Positions 46,641 through 56,088 of a DNA stretch of 64,000 nucleotides are shown in pieces. The position numbers were made by a program, and so were the translations under genes. Numbering within the stretch: position 1 is the first letter of the stretch; each line of letters opens with the position of its first letter. Origin of the DNA: a bacterium (GTDB taxonomy: Bacteria > Actinomycetota > Acidimicrobiia > Spongiisociales > Spongiisociaceae); the NCBI GenBank assembly GCA_028821235.1, contig JAPPGV010000128.1, positions 53,401 through 117,400 of the forward strand, written 5' to 3'. A model generated the notes under the pieces. The model did no database searches and had not been told where the DNA came from. It saw only the letters and a program-made list of their open reading frames with translations.

Positions 46641-48332
46641 ATGACGGCAAACAGGAAACCCAGCACAGGCGCGCCGACCGGAGGTGTCCGCGCTCCCACC
46701 GGCACCGGTCTGACCTGTCGCGGCTGGCCGCAGGAAGCCGCCTTCCGCATGCTGCAGAACAACCTCGATCCCGAGGTCGCCGAACGTCCTGACGACCTCG
46801 TGGTCTACGGCGGTACCGGCCGCGCGGCCAGATCGTGGGACGCGTACCGCGCCATGATCCGGACCCTCACTTCCCTCGCCGGCGACGAGACGATGCTCGT
46901 CCAGTCCGGGAAACCCGTGGGAGTCCTCCGCACCCACGAATGGGCACCGCGAGTGTTGATCGCAAACTCCAACCTCGTCCCCGACTGGGCCCACTGGGAC
47001 GAGTTCCGGCGCCTAGAACACCTCGGACTGACGATGTACGGGCAGATGACGGCCGGGTCGTGGATATACATCGGCACCCAGGGGATCCTGCAGGGCACCT
47101 ACGAGTGCTTCGCCGCCATCGCGCGGAAGCGATTCGGCGGTTCCCTGGCCGGAACCCTCACCGTCACCGCCGGGCTGGGAGGGATGGGTGGCGCCCAACC
47201 CCTGGCCATCACGATGAACGACGGGGTGGCCCTGTGCATCGAGGTCGACCCCGACCGGGCGGAACGCCGCGTCGAGACCCGGTACCTCGACGTCGTGGCC
47301 CACAGCTACGCGGACGCCCTGCGCCTCTGTACGGAGGCAGTTGCAGCCCGCCGGCCCCTTTCGGTGGGGTTGGTCGGGAACGCGGCGGATCTGGTGCCAC
47401 AACTCCTGGCCGACGGAGTCGCCGCCGACATAGTGACCGATCAGACCTCCGCTCACGATCCGCTGACCTACGTCCCCAATGGCCTGTCTCTCGACGAGGC
47501 CACCGAACTCCGGGACGCCAAACCCGACGAGTACGTCGGGCGCTCCCGCGCCGCCATGGCTGCCCACGTCGAGGCCATGGTCGGCTTCCTCGACGCGGGG
47601 GCGGAGGTGTTCGACTACGGAAACAGCCTGCGGGCCGAGGCCGAACTCGGCGGATACGACCGGGCGTTCGCCTATCCGGGTTTCCTGCCCGCCTACATAC
47701 GGCCCCTCTTCTGCGAGGGCAAGGGACCATTCCGCTGGGTGGCGCTCTCGGGTGACCCGGCAGACATCGAGGCAACCGACCGGGCTGTACTCGAGGAGTT
47801 CCCCGACGACGAGGGCCTCGCACGTTGGATCAGGCTGGCCGGGGAAAGGGTTGCTTTCCAGGGGCTTCCCGCCCGGATCTGCTGGCTGGGCTACGGCGAG
47901 CGCCACCGGCTGGGGTTGCGGTTCAACGACATGGTCCGCTCCGGCGAGTTGAAGGCCCCGATTGTGATCGGGCGCGATCACCTCGACTCCGGATCGGTCG
48001 CCTCGCCCTACCGCGAAACCGAGGACATGGCGGACGGCAGCGATGCCATCGCAGACTGGCCGCTTCTCAACGCGCTGGTCAACACGGCCTCGGGCGCAGC
48101 ATGGGTCAGCATCCACCACGGTGGAGGGGTCGGGATCGGCCGGTCGATACATGCCGGACAGGTGTGCCTCGCCGACGGCACCGACCTGGGAGCCGAGAAA
48201 CTGGAGCGGGTGCTTCTCAACGATCCAGCGACCGGAGTCATGCGCCACGTGGACGCCGGTTACGAGTTGGCCGCGCGGGTGGCCTCCGACCGGGGAGTAC
48301 GCGTACCGATGGCGGAGACGAGACCTCGATAG
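46641..48332 (+). CDS. hutU: Urocanate hydratase
   Basis: [39 protein letters not shown]. Confidence 0.96.
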   Translation: MTANRKPSTGAPTGGVRAPTGTGLTCRGWPQEAAFRMLQNNLDPEVAERPDDLVVYGGTGRAARSWDAYRAMIRTLTSLAGDETMLVQSGKPVGVLRTHEWAPRVLIANSNLVPDWAHWDEFRRLEHLGLTMYGQMTAGSWIYIGTQGILQGTYECFAAIARKRFGGSLAGTLTVTAGLGGMGGAQPLAITMNDGVALCIEVDPDRAERRVETRYLDVVAHSYADALRLCTEAVAARRPLSVGLVGNAADLVPQLLADGVAADIVTDQTSAHDPLTYVPNGLSLDEATELRDAKPDEYVGRSRAAMAAHVEAMVGFLDAGAEVFDYGNSLRAEAELGGYDRAFAYPGFLPAYIRPLFCEGKGPFRWVALSGDPADIEATDRAVLEEFPDDEGLARWIRLAGERVAFQGLPARICWLGYGERHRLGLRFNDMVRSGELKAPIVIGRDHLDSGSVASPYRETEDMADGSDAIADWPLLNALVNTASGAAWVSIHHGGGVGIGRSIHAGQVCLADGTDLGAEKLERVLLNDPATGVMRHVDAGYELAARVASDRGVRVPMAETRPR

Positions 48333-49873
48333 TGGCCGCACGGCGTCGACGCGGAGGACGGCGAGCCCGGGTAGCGAAGCGCGGACCCTCGAACCCGCAG
48401 CGGGCCTTCCGCCAGCCCCGCCTCCCCTGGGAGCCGGTAAGGGCGGTTTCCGCCGACGAACTCGAAGCCATCCACGAGGCGTCCCTGAAGGTGCTCCGCG
48501 ATGTCGGGATGGACATCCTGCACCACGACGCCAGGGCGATGCTCCGTCGGGAGGGCGCCGAAGTCGATCCCGACTCCGCTCGGGTGCGGTTCGATCCCGG
48601 CATGATCACCGAACTGGTCGGCTGCGCGCCGGGCGGGTTCACGCTGCACGCCCGCAACCCTTCCCACCACGTCCACCTCGGAGGACGCTCGGTGGCGTTC
48701 ACAGCTGTGGCCAGCCCACCCAACGTCTCCGGCCTCGGCCGTGACCGGCGCGCCGGCAACCGGGAGGACTTCAGACAACTCATCCGCCTTAGCCAGCATC
48801 TGAACGTCGTCCACCTCCACGGTGGCTACCCGGTCGAGCCCACCGACGTCCATCCATCCGTCCGACACCTGCACGCCACCTTCGACCTGCTTACCCTCAG
48901 CGACAAGGCCATCCACACCTACAGCCTCGGACGGCAGCGGACCCTGGACACCATCGAGATGGCCCGCATCGCCCGCGGGATACACGAGGACGACCTCGAC
49001 ACCCAGCCGTCGATCTACACGATCGTCAACACGTCGTCCCCACTCCGCCTGGACACCCCCATGATCGAGGGGATCCTCGAGTTGTCGATCCGGAACCAGC
49101 CGGTGGTGATCACCCCGTTCACGCTGGCCGGGGCGATGGCGCCGGTGACCATCGCCGGGGCTCTCGTACAGCAGAACGCGGAGGCCCTGGCAGGAATCGC
49201 GCTCACCCAGGCCGTTCGCAGGGGAGCACCGGTGGCATACGGGGGGTTCACATCCAACGTCGATATGCAATCCGGGGCGCCCGCCTTCGGCACCCCCGAG
49301 TACCTTCAGGCCGCTCTCATAGGCGGCCAACTGGCGCGACGCTACCGCCTCCCCTACCGATCCTCGAATGCCAACGCCTCCAACGCGGTCGACCTCCAAG
49401 CCACCTACGAGAGCATGTTCTCGCTCTGGGGCGCGGTCATGGGGGGAGCCAACCTGATACTGCACGCGGCCGGATGGCTCGAAGGCGGGCTCAGAGCGTC
49501 GTTCGAGAAGATGGTGCTGGACGCCGATCTGCTGCAGATGATCTGCGCGGCATTGGAGCCGCCAGTTACCGACGAGGGCGCGCTGGCGCTCGAGGCGATC
49601 GCAGATGTGGGCCCGGGAGGTCACTTCTTCGGGACCGCCCACACCCAAGCCCGTTACCGGGAGGCCTTCCATGCTCCGCTGCTGTCGGATTGGAGCAACT
49701 TCGAGTCCTGGGAGGAGGCCGGCCGGCCCGACCCCGCCCAGCGAACGGTTTCGCTAGCTCGCAAGTTCCTCGACGATTACGAGCAACCACCTATGGAGCC
49801 GGCCGTCCGTGAGGAACTGGAGGAGTTCGTGGGCCGCCGCGTCGCCGAGGGCGGCGTAGCGACCGACTATTGA
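48332..49873 (+). CDS. mttB: Trimethylamine methyltransferase (MttB) superfamily protein, non-pyrrolysine
   Basis: NTSSPLRLD, YGGFTSNVDM, HAAGWLEGGL, SFEKMVLD; no in-frame TAG; GTG overlaps the hutU stop. Confidence 0.88.
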   Translation: MAARRRRGGRRARVAKRGPSNPQRAFRQPRLPWEPVRAVSADELEAIHEASLKVLRDVGMDILHHDARAMLRREGAEVDPDSARVRFDPGMITELVGCAPGGFTLHARNPSHHVHLGGRSVAFTAVASPPNVSGLGRDRRAGNREDFRQLIRLSQHLNVVHLHGGYPVEPTDVHPSVRHLHATFDLLTLSDKAIHTYSLGRQRTLDTIEMARIARGIHEDDLDTQPSIYTIVNTSSPLRLDTPMIEGILELSIRNQPVVITPFTLAGAMAPVTIAGALVQQNAEALAGIALTQAVRRGAPVAYGGFTSNVDMQSGAPAFGTPEYLQAALIGGQLARRYRLPYRSSNANASNAVDLQATYESMFSLWGAVMGGANLILHAAGWLEGGLRASFEKMVLDADLLQMICAALEPPVTDEGALALEAIADVGPGGHFFGTAHTQARYREAFHAPLLSDWSNFESWEEAGRPDPAQRTVSLARKFLDDYEQPPMEPAVREELEEFVGRRVAEGGVATDY

Positions 49874-49883
49874 AAGGAGTCGA

Positions 49884-50561
49884 GTGCAACCTGTCCGTTA
49901 CAGCCCTGTGCGTCTGCGTACCGACCTGAACCCCGCCGGCCATCCCTGCGCCGAGGTCCGGCATTACGAGGCGGATCTTGCCGTCCTCAATCGCCTGCTG
50001 GCAGACCTGCGCGTCCTACTTCTGCAGACCAAGACCGGCGAAGCGACTCTCCGTCCCTACCAGCTCATCAACTGGCACGAGGACGGACTGAGACGCAGGG
50101 TCGTGATGTGCGATCCGGCAACCCTCTTGACGGGTGCGGATGTGCTGATCGTCGGCTTCATCGGGAACCGGCGTTCGACCGAAGAGGCCAACCAGATCGA
50201 CGAGTTCGACTTCGACGTGATCTCCGAGTTCCGCCAGTACCCCGGGATACTCAGCTACAGCTCCATGGAGCTGATCCCGAACCAGTGGGCGAACCTGGTG
50301 GTTCACCAGGAGGTCGGGGACCGGGAAGCCTGGCGACACAGCGCCATTCACATAGAAGCAGCCGAGGATCTGTCTCCCCGGGTGTTCCACAGCGTCCGCA
50401 TCCACAACGGGCGGGTACGCGGAGGCCCGGTCGGAGACGGCAGCGTGATCGTTGAGGTCTCCAAGTATTGGGACTACGACTCGGACCCGATGTGGCATGC
50501 CGTCCGGACGATCCCGGGGGGAGTCACGACTGCGGACCACCCTCGGTGGAACCCGCGATGA
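49884..50561 (+). CDS. Hypothetical protein (possible dimeric alpha/beta-barrel-like C-terminal half)
   Basis: AAGGAG SD; stop overlaps the def start (ATGA). No family motif recognised with certainty. Confidence 0.7.
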   Translation: MQPVRYSPVRLRTDLNPAGHPCAEVRHYEADLAVLNRLLADLRVLLLQTKTGEATLRPYQLINWHEDGLRRRVVMCDPATLLTGADVLIVGFIGNRRSTEEANQIDEFDFDVISEFRQYPGILSYSSMELIPNQWANLVVHQEVGDREAWRHSAIHIEAAEDLSPRVFHSVRIHNGRVRGGPVGDGSVIVEVSKYWDYDSDPMWHAVRTIPGGVTTADHPRWNPR

Positions 50562-51127
50562 CAGTTCGCCGGATCCTCTCGGTGGGCCACCCGACGTTGC
50601 GAGTACGGGCGGCGGAGGTAGCGAACGAGGACATCCCGACCCCGGCCATCCAGGAACTGATCGACGATCTCATCGACACGATGCGCCACGCCAACGGCTC
50701 GGGGATCGCCGCCAACCAGATTGGAGAGACGGTCCGGATCATGGTGATGGAGGTCGACGAGAACCCACGCTACCCCTACAAGCCACCCATCCCCCTTACG
50801 GTGGCCATCAATCCACGGTTCGAGCCACTCGACGACGAGACGGTCGTGATCAACGAGGGGTGCCTGTCCGTGCCATTACGGGGCGAACTGAAACGGTCGG
50901 TGAACCTGCGGGTTCGTTATGCCGACCGCGATGGGCTCCACCACCGACAGGTACTCCGGGGCCTGACAGCCGGGACCTGGCAGCACGAGTGCGACCACTT
51001 GGACGGGGTGCTGGTAGTCGACCGGATCGATCCGAAGACCCTCAGCACCTGGGAGGAGTTCGACCGGCATCACCGCGACGCTTTCGTAGAACGTATCAAC
51101 CGGTTCGTGGCCGAGGTCGGGTCATGA
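50558..51127 (+). CDS. def: Peptide deformylase-fold metallohydrolase
   Basis: GSGIAANQ, EGCLS and QHECDH motifs; start ATG 50558. Confidence 0.9.
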   Translation: MTVRRILSVGHPTLRVRAAEVANEDIPTPAIQELIDDLIDTMRHANGSGIAANQIGETVRIMVMEVDENPRYPYKPPIPLTVAINPRFEPLDDETVVINEGCLSVPLRGELKRSVNLRVRYADRDGLHHRQVLRGLTAGTWQHECDHLDGVLVVDRIDPKTLSTWEEFDRHHRDAFVERINRFVAEVGS

Positions 51128-52491
51128 CCAGCCGCTACTGGTGCGAACTGGCCTGGCTCGGAGGTGCCCAAGCCACCCCGGGGGTCGTGATCGAAGTGGC
51201 AGGGGGTCGGATAGTCTCGGTCGCGTCCGGCCGGGCCACTGCGCCCCGCAGCGCCGTCGAGCTGCCCGGACTGACCATCCCGGCCCTGGCCAACGTCCAT
51301 AGCCACGCGTTCCACCGGGCGCTGCGGGGCCGGACGCATGGCGGGAGCGGAACCTTCTGGACCTGGCGCGACCTGATGTACGGGGTGGCGGCCAACCTGG
51401 ATCCCGACAACTACTACCACCTCGCCCGGGCCACCTTCGCCGAGATGGCCCTGGCAGGCATCGGGGTGGTCGGCGAATTCCACTACATCCACCACAGGCC
51501 CGGCGGGGGCCGCTACGACGACCCCAACGCGATGGGGCTCAGCCTGGTAGCCGCGGCGCGGGACGCCGGGATCCGCCTGACCCTGCTCGACACGCTCTAC
51601 CTTCACGGAGGCTTCTCCTCCAAGTCGGGGTCGGGGTATGCGCCTCCCGGTCCGGAACAGGCCAGGTTCAGCGACGGATCCGTGCGTGCCTGGACGGAGC
51701 GGGTGGCGCGGTTGACGGCCGGTGTCTCCGGGTCGCTCGCGAAGGTAGGGGCGGCGGTCCACTCGGTGCGCGCCGTCGACCCATCCTCGATCGAAACAGC
51801 GGCCCAATGGGCGGGCGAGAACGGCCTGCCACTCCACGTTCACGTGTCCGAACAGCCGGACGAGAACCGGGCGTGCCTGGATGTGCACGATCGGACCCCC
51901 ACCGCGGTGCTGTCCGATGCGGGCGCGCTAGGGCCCGACACCACCCTTGTCCATGCCACCCACCTTTCCGACCACGACATCGCCCTGATCGGCGAGGCCA
52001 GGGCAACCTGCTGCATCTGCCCCACGACCGAGCGCGACCTGGCAGATGGGATCGGTCCCAGCCGGAGTCTCCTCGATGCCGGGGCCACGCTGTGCGTCGG
52101 ATCCGACTCCCACGCGGTGATAGACATCCTGGAGGAGGCTCGCGCGGTGGAGCTGGGCCAGCGAGTCCTGACCAACCGCCGCGGGCTCCACTCGAGCCCG
52201 GCCCTCGCCTCGATCGCCACCGCCAACGGATACAGGGCGCTCGGATGGCGGGACGGAGGAGTCATCGGACCGGGCCGCCTCGCCGATTTCACCACCGTGG
52301 GGCTGGACTCGGTCCGCCTCGCAGGTATCGACGCCTGCAACGCCCTGGACGCGGTGATGTTCGCCGCCTCCAGCGCCGACGTGAACCACCTCGTCATCGG
52401 CGGTCGGCGGGTCGTAACCGGAGGCGCCCATGTATCGATCGACGTTCCGGCCGAACTGGAATCTTCGATCGCCAAGGTGGTGGCGACGTGA
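51124..52491 (+). CDS. hutF: Formimidoylglutamate deiminase
   Basis: [49 protein letters not shown]; ATG 51124 overlaps the def stop. Confidence 0.92.
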   Translation: MTSRYWCELAWLGGAQATPGVVIEVAGGRIVSVASGRATAPRSAVELPGLTIPALANVHSHAFHRALRGRTHGGSGTFWTWRDLMYGVAANLDPDNYYHLARATFAEMALAGIGVVGEFHYIHHRPGGGRYDDPNAMGLSLVAAARDAGIRLTLLDTLYLHGGFSSKSGSGYAPPGPEQARFSDGSVRAWTERVARLTAGVSGSLAKVGAAVHSVRAVDPSSIETAAQWAGENGLPLHVHVSEQPDENRACLDVHDRTPTAVLSDAGALGPDTTLVHATHLSDHDIALIGEARATCCICPTTERDLADGIGPSRSLLDAGATLCVGSDSHAVIDILEEARAVELGQRVLTNRRGLHSSPALASIATANGYRALGWRDGGVIGPGRLADFTTVGLDSVRLAGIDACNALDAVMFAASSADVNHLVIGGRRVVTGGAHVSIDVPAELESSIAKVVAT

Positions 52492-53687
52492 CTGTGGTGA
52501 TCGACAACATCGGGGAGTTGGTCACCAATGATCCTGCAGCCGGGACGGGACCTCTCGGGATCATCGAGAACGCGTCGGTGGTGACCGACGGTGATTACGT
52601 CTTGGCGGTCGGGCCTGCGGGCGCGGTAGCGGACGAGCGCCTCGACGTAGGGGGTAGGTGCGTTCTGCCCGGCTTCGTCGACTCCCACACCCACCTGGTC
52701 TTCGCAGGAGACCGGGCGGAGGAGTTCACGCGGCGGATGGCGGGTGAGGACTACGACGGGGGTGGGATCCGGGTCACTACCGAGGCCACCAGGACAGCAG
52801 GCCGGCCGGCGCTCCGGGCGGGTTTGGCCCAGCACCTGGAGGAACTCAGGCGGGCCGGTACCACCACCGTGGAGATCAAGTCCGGCTACGGATTGTCGGT
52901 CGAGTCAGAGGTCACGACCACGTCGTTGGCGGGAGAAGTGACCTCCGAGACCACCTTCATGGGCGCTCATGTCGTCCCGACCGAGTACCTGGGGCGGACC
53001 GACGACTACGTCGACCTGGTGTGCGGACCGATGCTGCAAGCTGTTCGACCCCATGTCCGCTGGATCGACGCCTTCTGCGAGGAAGGCGCCTTCGACGTGG
53101 ACCAATCCAGGGCGGTTCTAGAAGCGGGCCGGGCTGCCGGCCTCGGTCTGCGCCTTCATGCCAACCAACTGGATTACGGCCCCGGCGTGCAACTCGGCGT
53201 TGAGATGGGCTGCGCGTCCGTCGATCACTGCACCTACCTCTCGAATGGAGACATCGAGGTCCTCGCCGCGGGCGACACCGTGGCCACCTTCCTTCCTGCC
53301 GCGGACTTCTCCACCCGCCAGCCGTACCCCGACGCACGTCGGGTCATCGACGCCGGAGCGACCGTGGCGATCGCCTCCAACTGCAATCCCGGATCGAGCT
53401 ACACGACCTCCATGTCCTTCTGCATCGCTCTGGCGGTACGCGACATGAACATGACAATCGACGAAGCGATCGCCGCCGCCACCACCGGCGGGGCAGCAGC
53501 CCTGCAACGGCGCGACATCGGGAGGCTCGCTCCCGGTGGCCCGGCCCACCTCACCATCCTCGACGCACCGAGCCGCCACCACCTCGCCTACCGCCCTGGC
53601 GTGCCGCTGATCTGGCGGACCCTCGGCTCCGACTACGTCCAACCGTCCACCGAACACGAATCCCGAAGCAGAAAGGCAAGCCCATGA
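52488..53687 (+). CDS. hutI: Imidazolonepropionase
   Basis: [37 protein letters not shown]; GTG 52488. Confidence 0.93.
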   Translation: MTVVIDNIGELVTNDPAAGTGPLGIIENASVVTDGDYVLAVGPAGAVADERLDVGGRCVLPGFVDSHTHLVFAGDRAEEFTRRMAGEDYDGGGIRVTTEATRTAGRPALRAGLAQHLEELRRAGTTTVEIKSGYGLSVESEVTTTSLAGEVTSETTFMGAHVVPTEYLGRTDDYVDLVCGPMLQAVRPHVRWIDAFCEEGAFDVDQSRAVLEAGRAAGLGLRLHANQLDYGPGVQLGVEMGCASVDHCTYLSNGDIEVLAAGDTVATFLPAADFSTRQPYPDARRVIDAGATVAIASNCNPGSSYTTSMSFCIALAVRDMNMTIDEAIAAATTGGAAALQRRDIGRLAPGGPAHLTILDAPSRHHLAYRPGVPLIWRTLGSDYVQPSTEHESRSRKASP

Positions 53688-55141
53688 ACCTCCCCAACCC
53701 CACCGGACACAATCAGTGGTACCCGTTCGCCAACCGTCCCCTACCTCCCGAGGTCGACGGTTGCCTGGTCAACCCGCCGGCGATACCGGTCTTCGACCCT
53801 ATGCCCCTGCCGGGGAGCGCCCGGTTCGTGGTGGTCGGCGCCGGTGTCCACGGGCTGTCGAGCGCTTACCACCTGGCCATGTATCTTGAGCGATCCGGCA
53901 AGGGCAAGGGCAGCGACGTCGTCCTGATCGACAAGCAAGGTCCCGGAGCCGGAGCCACGGGCCTGGCCTGCGGATGCGTCCGCAACCTCTACATGACCAA
54001 CCAGCTGCACGCCATCCTGCGGGCCAGCGTGGAGGTCTGGGAGTCCGACCCAGTGAACTTCGGCTTCCAGCAGGTCGGTTACGTGTCGGTCGGCGAAGCG
54101 AACCAGTATGAGGACTACATCGAGCTCCACGCCTCACAGGCGGCCAGCGGCTACCCATCGGACCTCTACACGGGATCGGACGCCCATGCCTTCCTGACCA
54201 AGCTGTGGCCTGACTTCAAGACCGAGAACTGTGACGTCGTGCTCCACGAGCACCGCTCTGGATACGCCGGGACGCACATCGCGGTGTGGGGCCTCGACCA
54301 GAAGTGCCGCCAGTGGGGCGTGCAGCGTGTCTACGGGACCACGGTCACCGGCTACCGCCGGGACGCATCCGGGTCCGTGACGGCGGTCGAGACGGACCAG
54401 GGATCGATCTCGTGCGAGCAGGTCGTGGTCGGTGCGGGCGCGTGGACACCCACGCACTGGGAGTGGCTCGGCGGCCCGTCACACCTCGACGTCGTGTATC
54501 CCGACGGTCACACCGAGGAACAGATGGACATGTGGACCTACTGGCGCCTCCTGGAAGGTGAAGTACTCCTCCCCGAGGGCGTGGACTTCCGTACCGCCCA
54601 GTACCGGGACTCACCGGTCCTGCACGTGGAACTGCTGGACACGCCCGTCTACGGCGAGGACGGGACGATGATCAAGGACCACACCTACGTGTACACCCGC
54701 TACGCGGCCGAGCGAGTCGGTGCTCCGGGCCTCCAGGGAGGGACGATCCCCATCAAGATCGGTCCTCGGGCGGAGGTCGAGCCCTACGGGCACCTCAACG
54801 ACCTCTACCAGGCGGAAGACTGGTTCGCCGACTACTACTGCTCCGCCCTCGGCATGCTCTTCAAGCGGCTCGAGAACCTGAGGCCCTACTTCAAGGAGCG
54901 GCGGAACGGAGGAATCGGAGCCTTCACACCGGACAACGTGCCGGTGTTCGATCATGTCGCCGACAACGCGTGGGTGATCGCCGACTCCAACCATGGGTTC
55001 AAGATGATCGGGGTGGGCAAGCTCACGGCTCAGATGCTGGTCTACGGCGACAAGCCCGACGAACTGAAACCGTTCACCCTGGACCGGTACCGGACCGGCG
55101 GGACCTTCGGAGACAGGAACTCGAACAGCCCGTGGGTCTAG
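53684..55141 (+). CDS. FAD-dependent oxidoreductase (DAO / sarcosine oxidase beta-like)
   Basis: GAGVHG Rossmann motif, [23 protein letters not shown]; ATGA overlap with hutI. Confidence 0.85.
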   Translation: MNLPNPTGHNQWYPFANRPLPPEVDGCLVNPPAIPVFDPMPLPGSARFVVVGAGVHGLSSAYHLAMYLERSGKGKGSDVVLIDKQGPGAGATGLACGCVRNLYMTNQLHAILRASVEVWESDPVNFGFQQVGYVSVGEANQYEDYIELHASQAASGYPSDLYTGSDAHAFLTKLWPDFKTENCDVVLHEHRSGYAGTHIAVWGLDQKCRQWGVQRVYGTTVTGYRRDASGSVTAVETDQGSISCEQVVVGAGAWTPTHWEWLGGPSHLDVVYPDGHTEEQMDMWTYWRLLEGEVLLPEGVDFRTAQYRDSPVLHVELLDTPVYGEDGTMIKDHTYVYTRYAAERVGAPGLQGGTIPIKIGPRAEVEPYGHLNDLYQAEDWFADYYCSALGMLFKRLENLRPYFKERRNGGIGAFTPDNVPVFDHVADNAWVIADSNHGFKMIGVGKLTAQMLVYGDKPDELKPFTLDRYRTGGTFGDRNSNSPWV

Positions 55142-55226
55142 GGTGCTGACCAGATCACCGGTAGCAGCAGGTCCCTCGATGAGGTAGGCCAGGGCTCGCC
55201 GGGCCGCGGCACGAGGACGGTATTCG

Positions 55227-56042
55227 TTGAACACACCCGTAGAGGCGCCTCTCCGAGCCGCAACCTACCTGGGCGACAACACGGTCGCGATCATGGCCGA
55301 TCTGGTCCGGTACCTGTCGGAGGCGACAGGCATCGAGGTAGTGATCGATCGCACGGTTGGGCGAAGTACCGCGGCGGCGCGTCAAGAAGCTCCCAATCTG
55401 GACCTAGTGTGGATGTGCGGGTACATGACCGAGTCGCTCATCTCGGCGGGTCGGATGTCCCATACCATCGTGGCCGTGCCGGTCTTCGCCGGACACGGAG
55501 GACCGGTCTACCACTCGGTGATCGTCACCCGGCCAGACGGCCCCCGGACGCTGCTTGCTGCACTGGACACCAGGCTGGCCGTGAACGAGATCGAGTCGTG
55601 GTCCGGCTTCCTAGGACTCAAGGCCCATGTCGAGCACTGCCGTCCCGGTTCCTGGTTCACCGATCAGACGGTCACCGGGTCGCATCGGGCCTCGATCCGG
55701 GCGGTGGCTGAACGGGAATGTGACGTGGCAAGCATCGACGTCACGATCTGGGACCACGTCGTCGCCACCGAACCCGAAGCGGCCGCCGACCTCCGCACCA
55801 TCGACCGCACTGTGGACTGGCCGGCCCCACCGTTCAGCTTGACGGCCAACCTGGAACTCGAACAGCGCGACATCGTGACTGCGGCTCTACTCGCGATCAG
55901 ACCCTCGGACATTGCCTCCTTGGACGGCGTCGCCCCGGCCAACTCCTGTCTCTACCGGGACGTGATGCCTGTCCGGCCACCTGGGATTCCGGTTCGTCGA
56001 TCCTCGAAGCGCGAGACCCATAACGGAAGTGATCGCAACTGA
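55227..56042 (+). CDS. PhnD/SsuA/transferrin-like solute-binding protein
   Basis: WMCGY, VYHSVIV, SWSG and TGSHRASIRAV...DVASID resemble PhnD-like proteins. Confidence 0.7.
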   Translation: MNTPVEAPLRAATYLGDNTVAIMADLVRYLSEATGIEVVIDRTVGRSTAAARQEAPNLDLVWMCGYMTESLISAGRMSHTIVAVPVFAGHGGPVYHSVIVTRPDGPRTLLAALDTRLAVNEIESWSGFLGLKAHVEHCRPGSWFTDQTVTGSHRASIRAVAERECDVASIDVTIWDHVVATEPEAAADLRTIDRTVDWPAPPFSLTANLELEQRDIVTAALLAIRPSDIASLDGVAPANSCLYRDVMPVRPPGIPVRRSSKRETHNGSDRN

Positions 56043-56088
56043 AGCAACTCCGGGGCGGGTCGGTACCGGCGCCGACGGCCCAGGTTCG

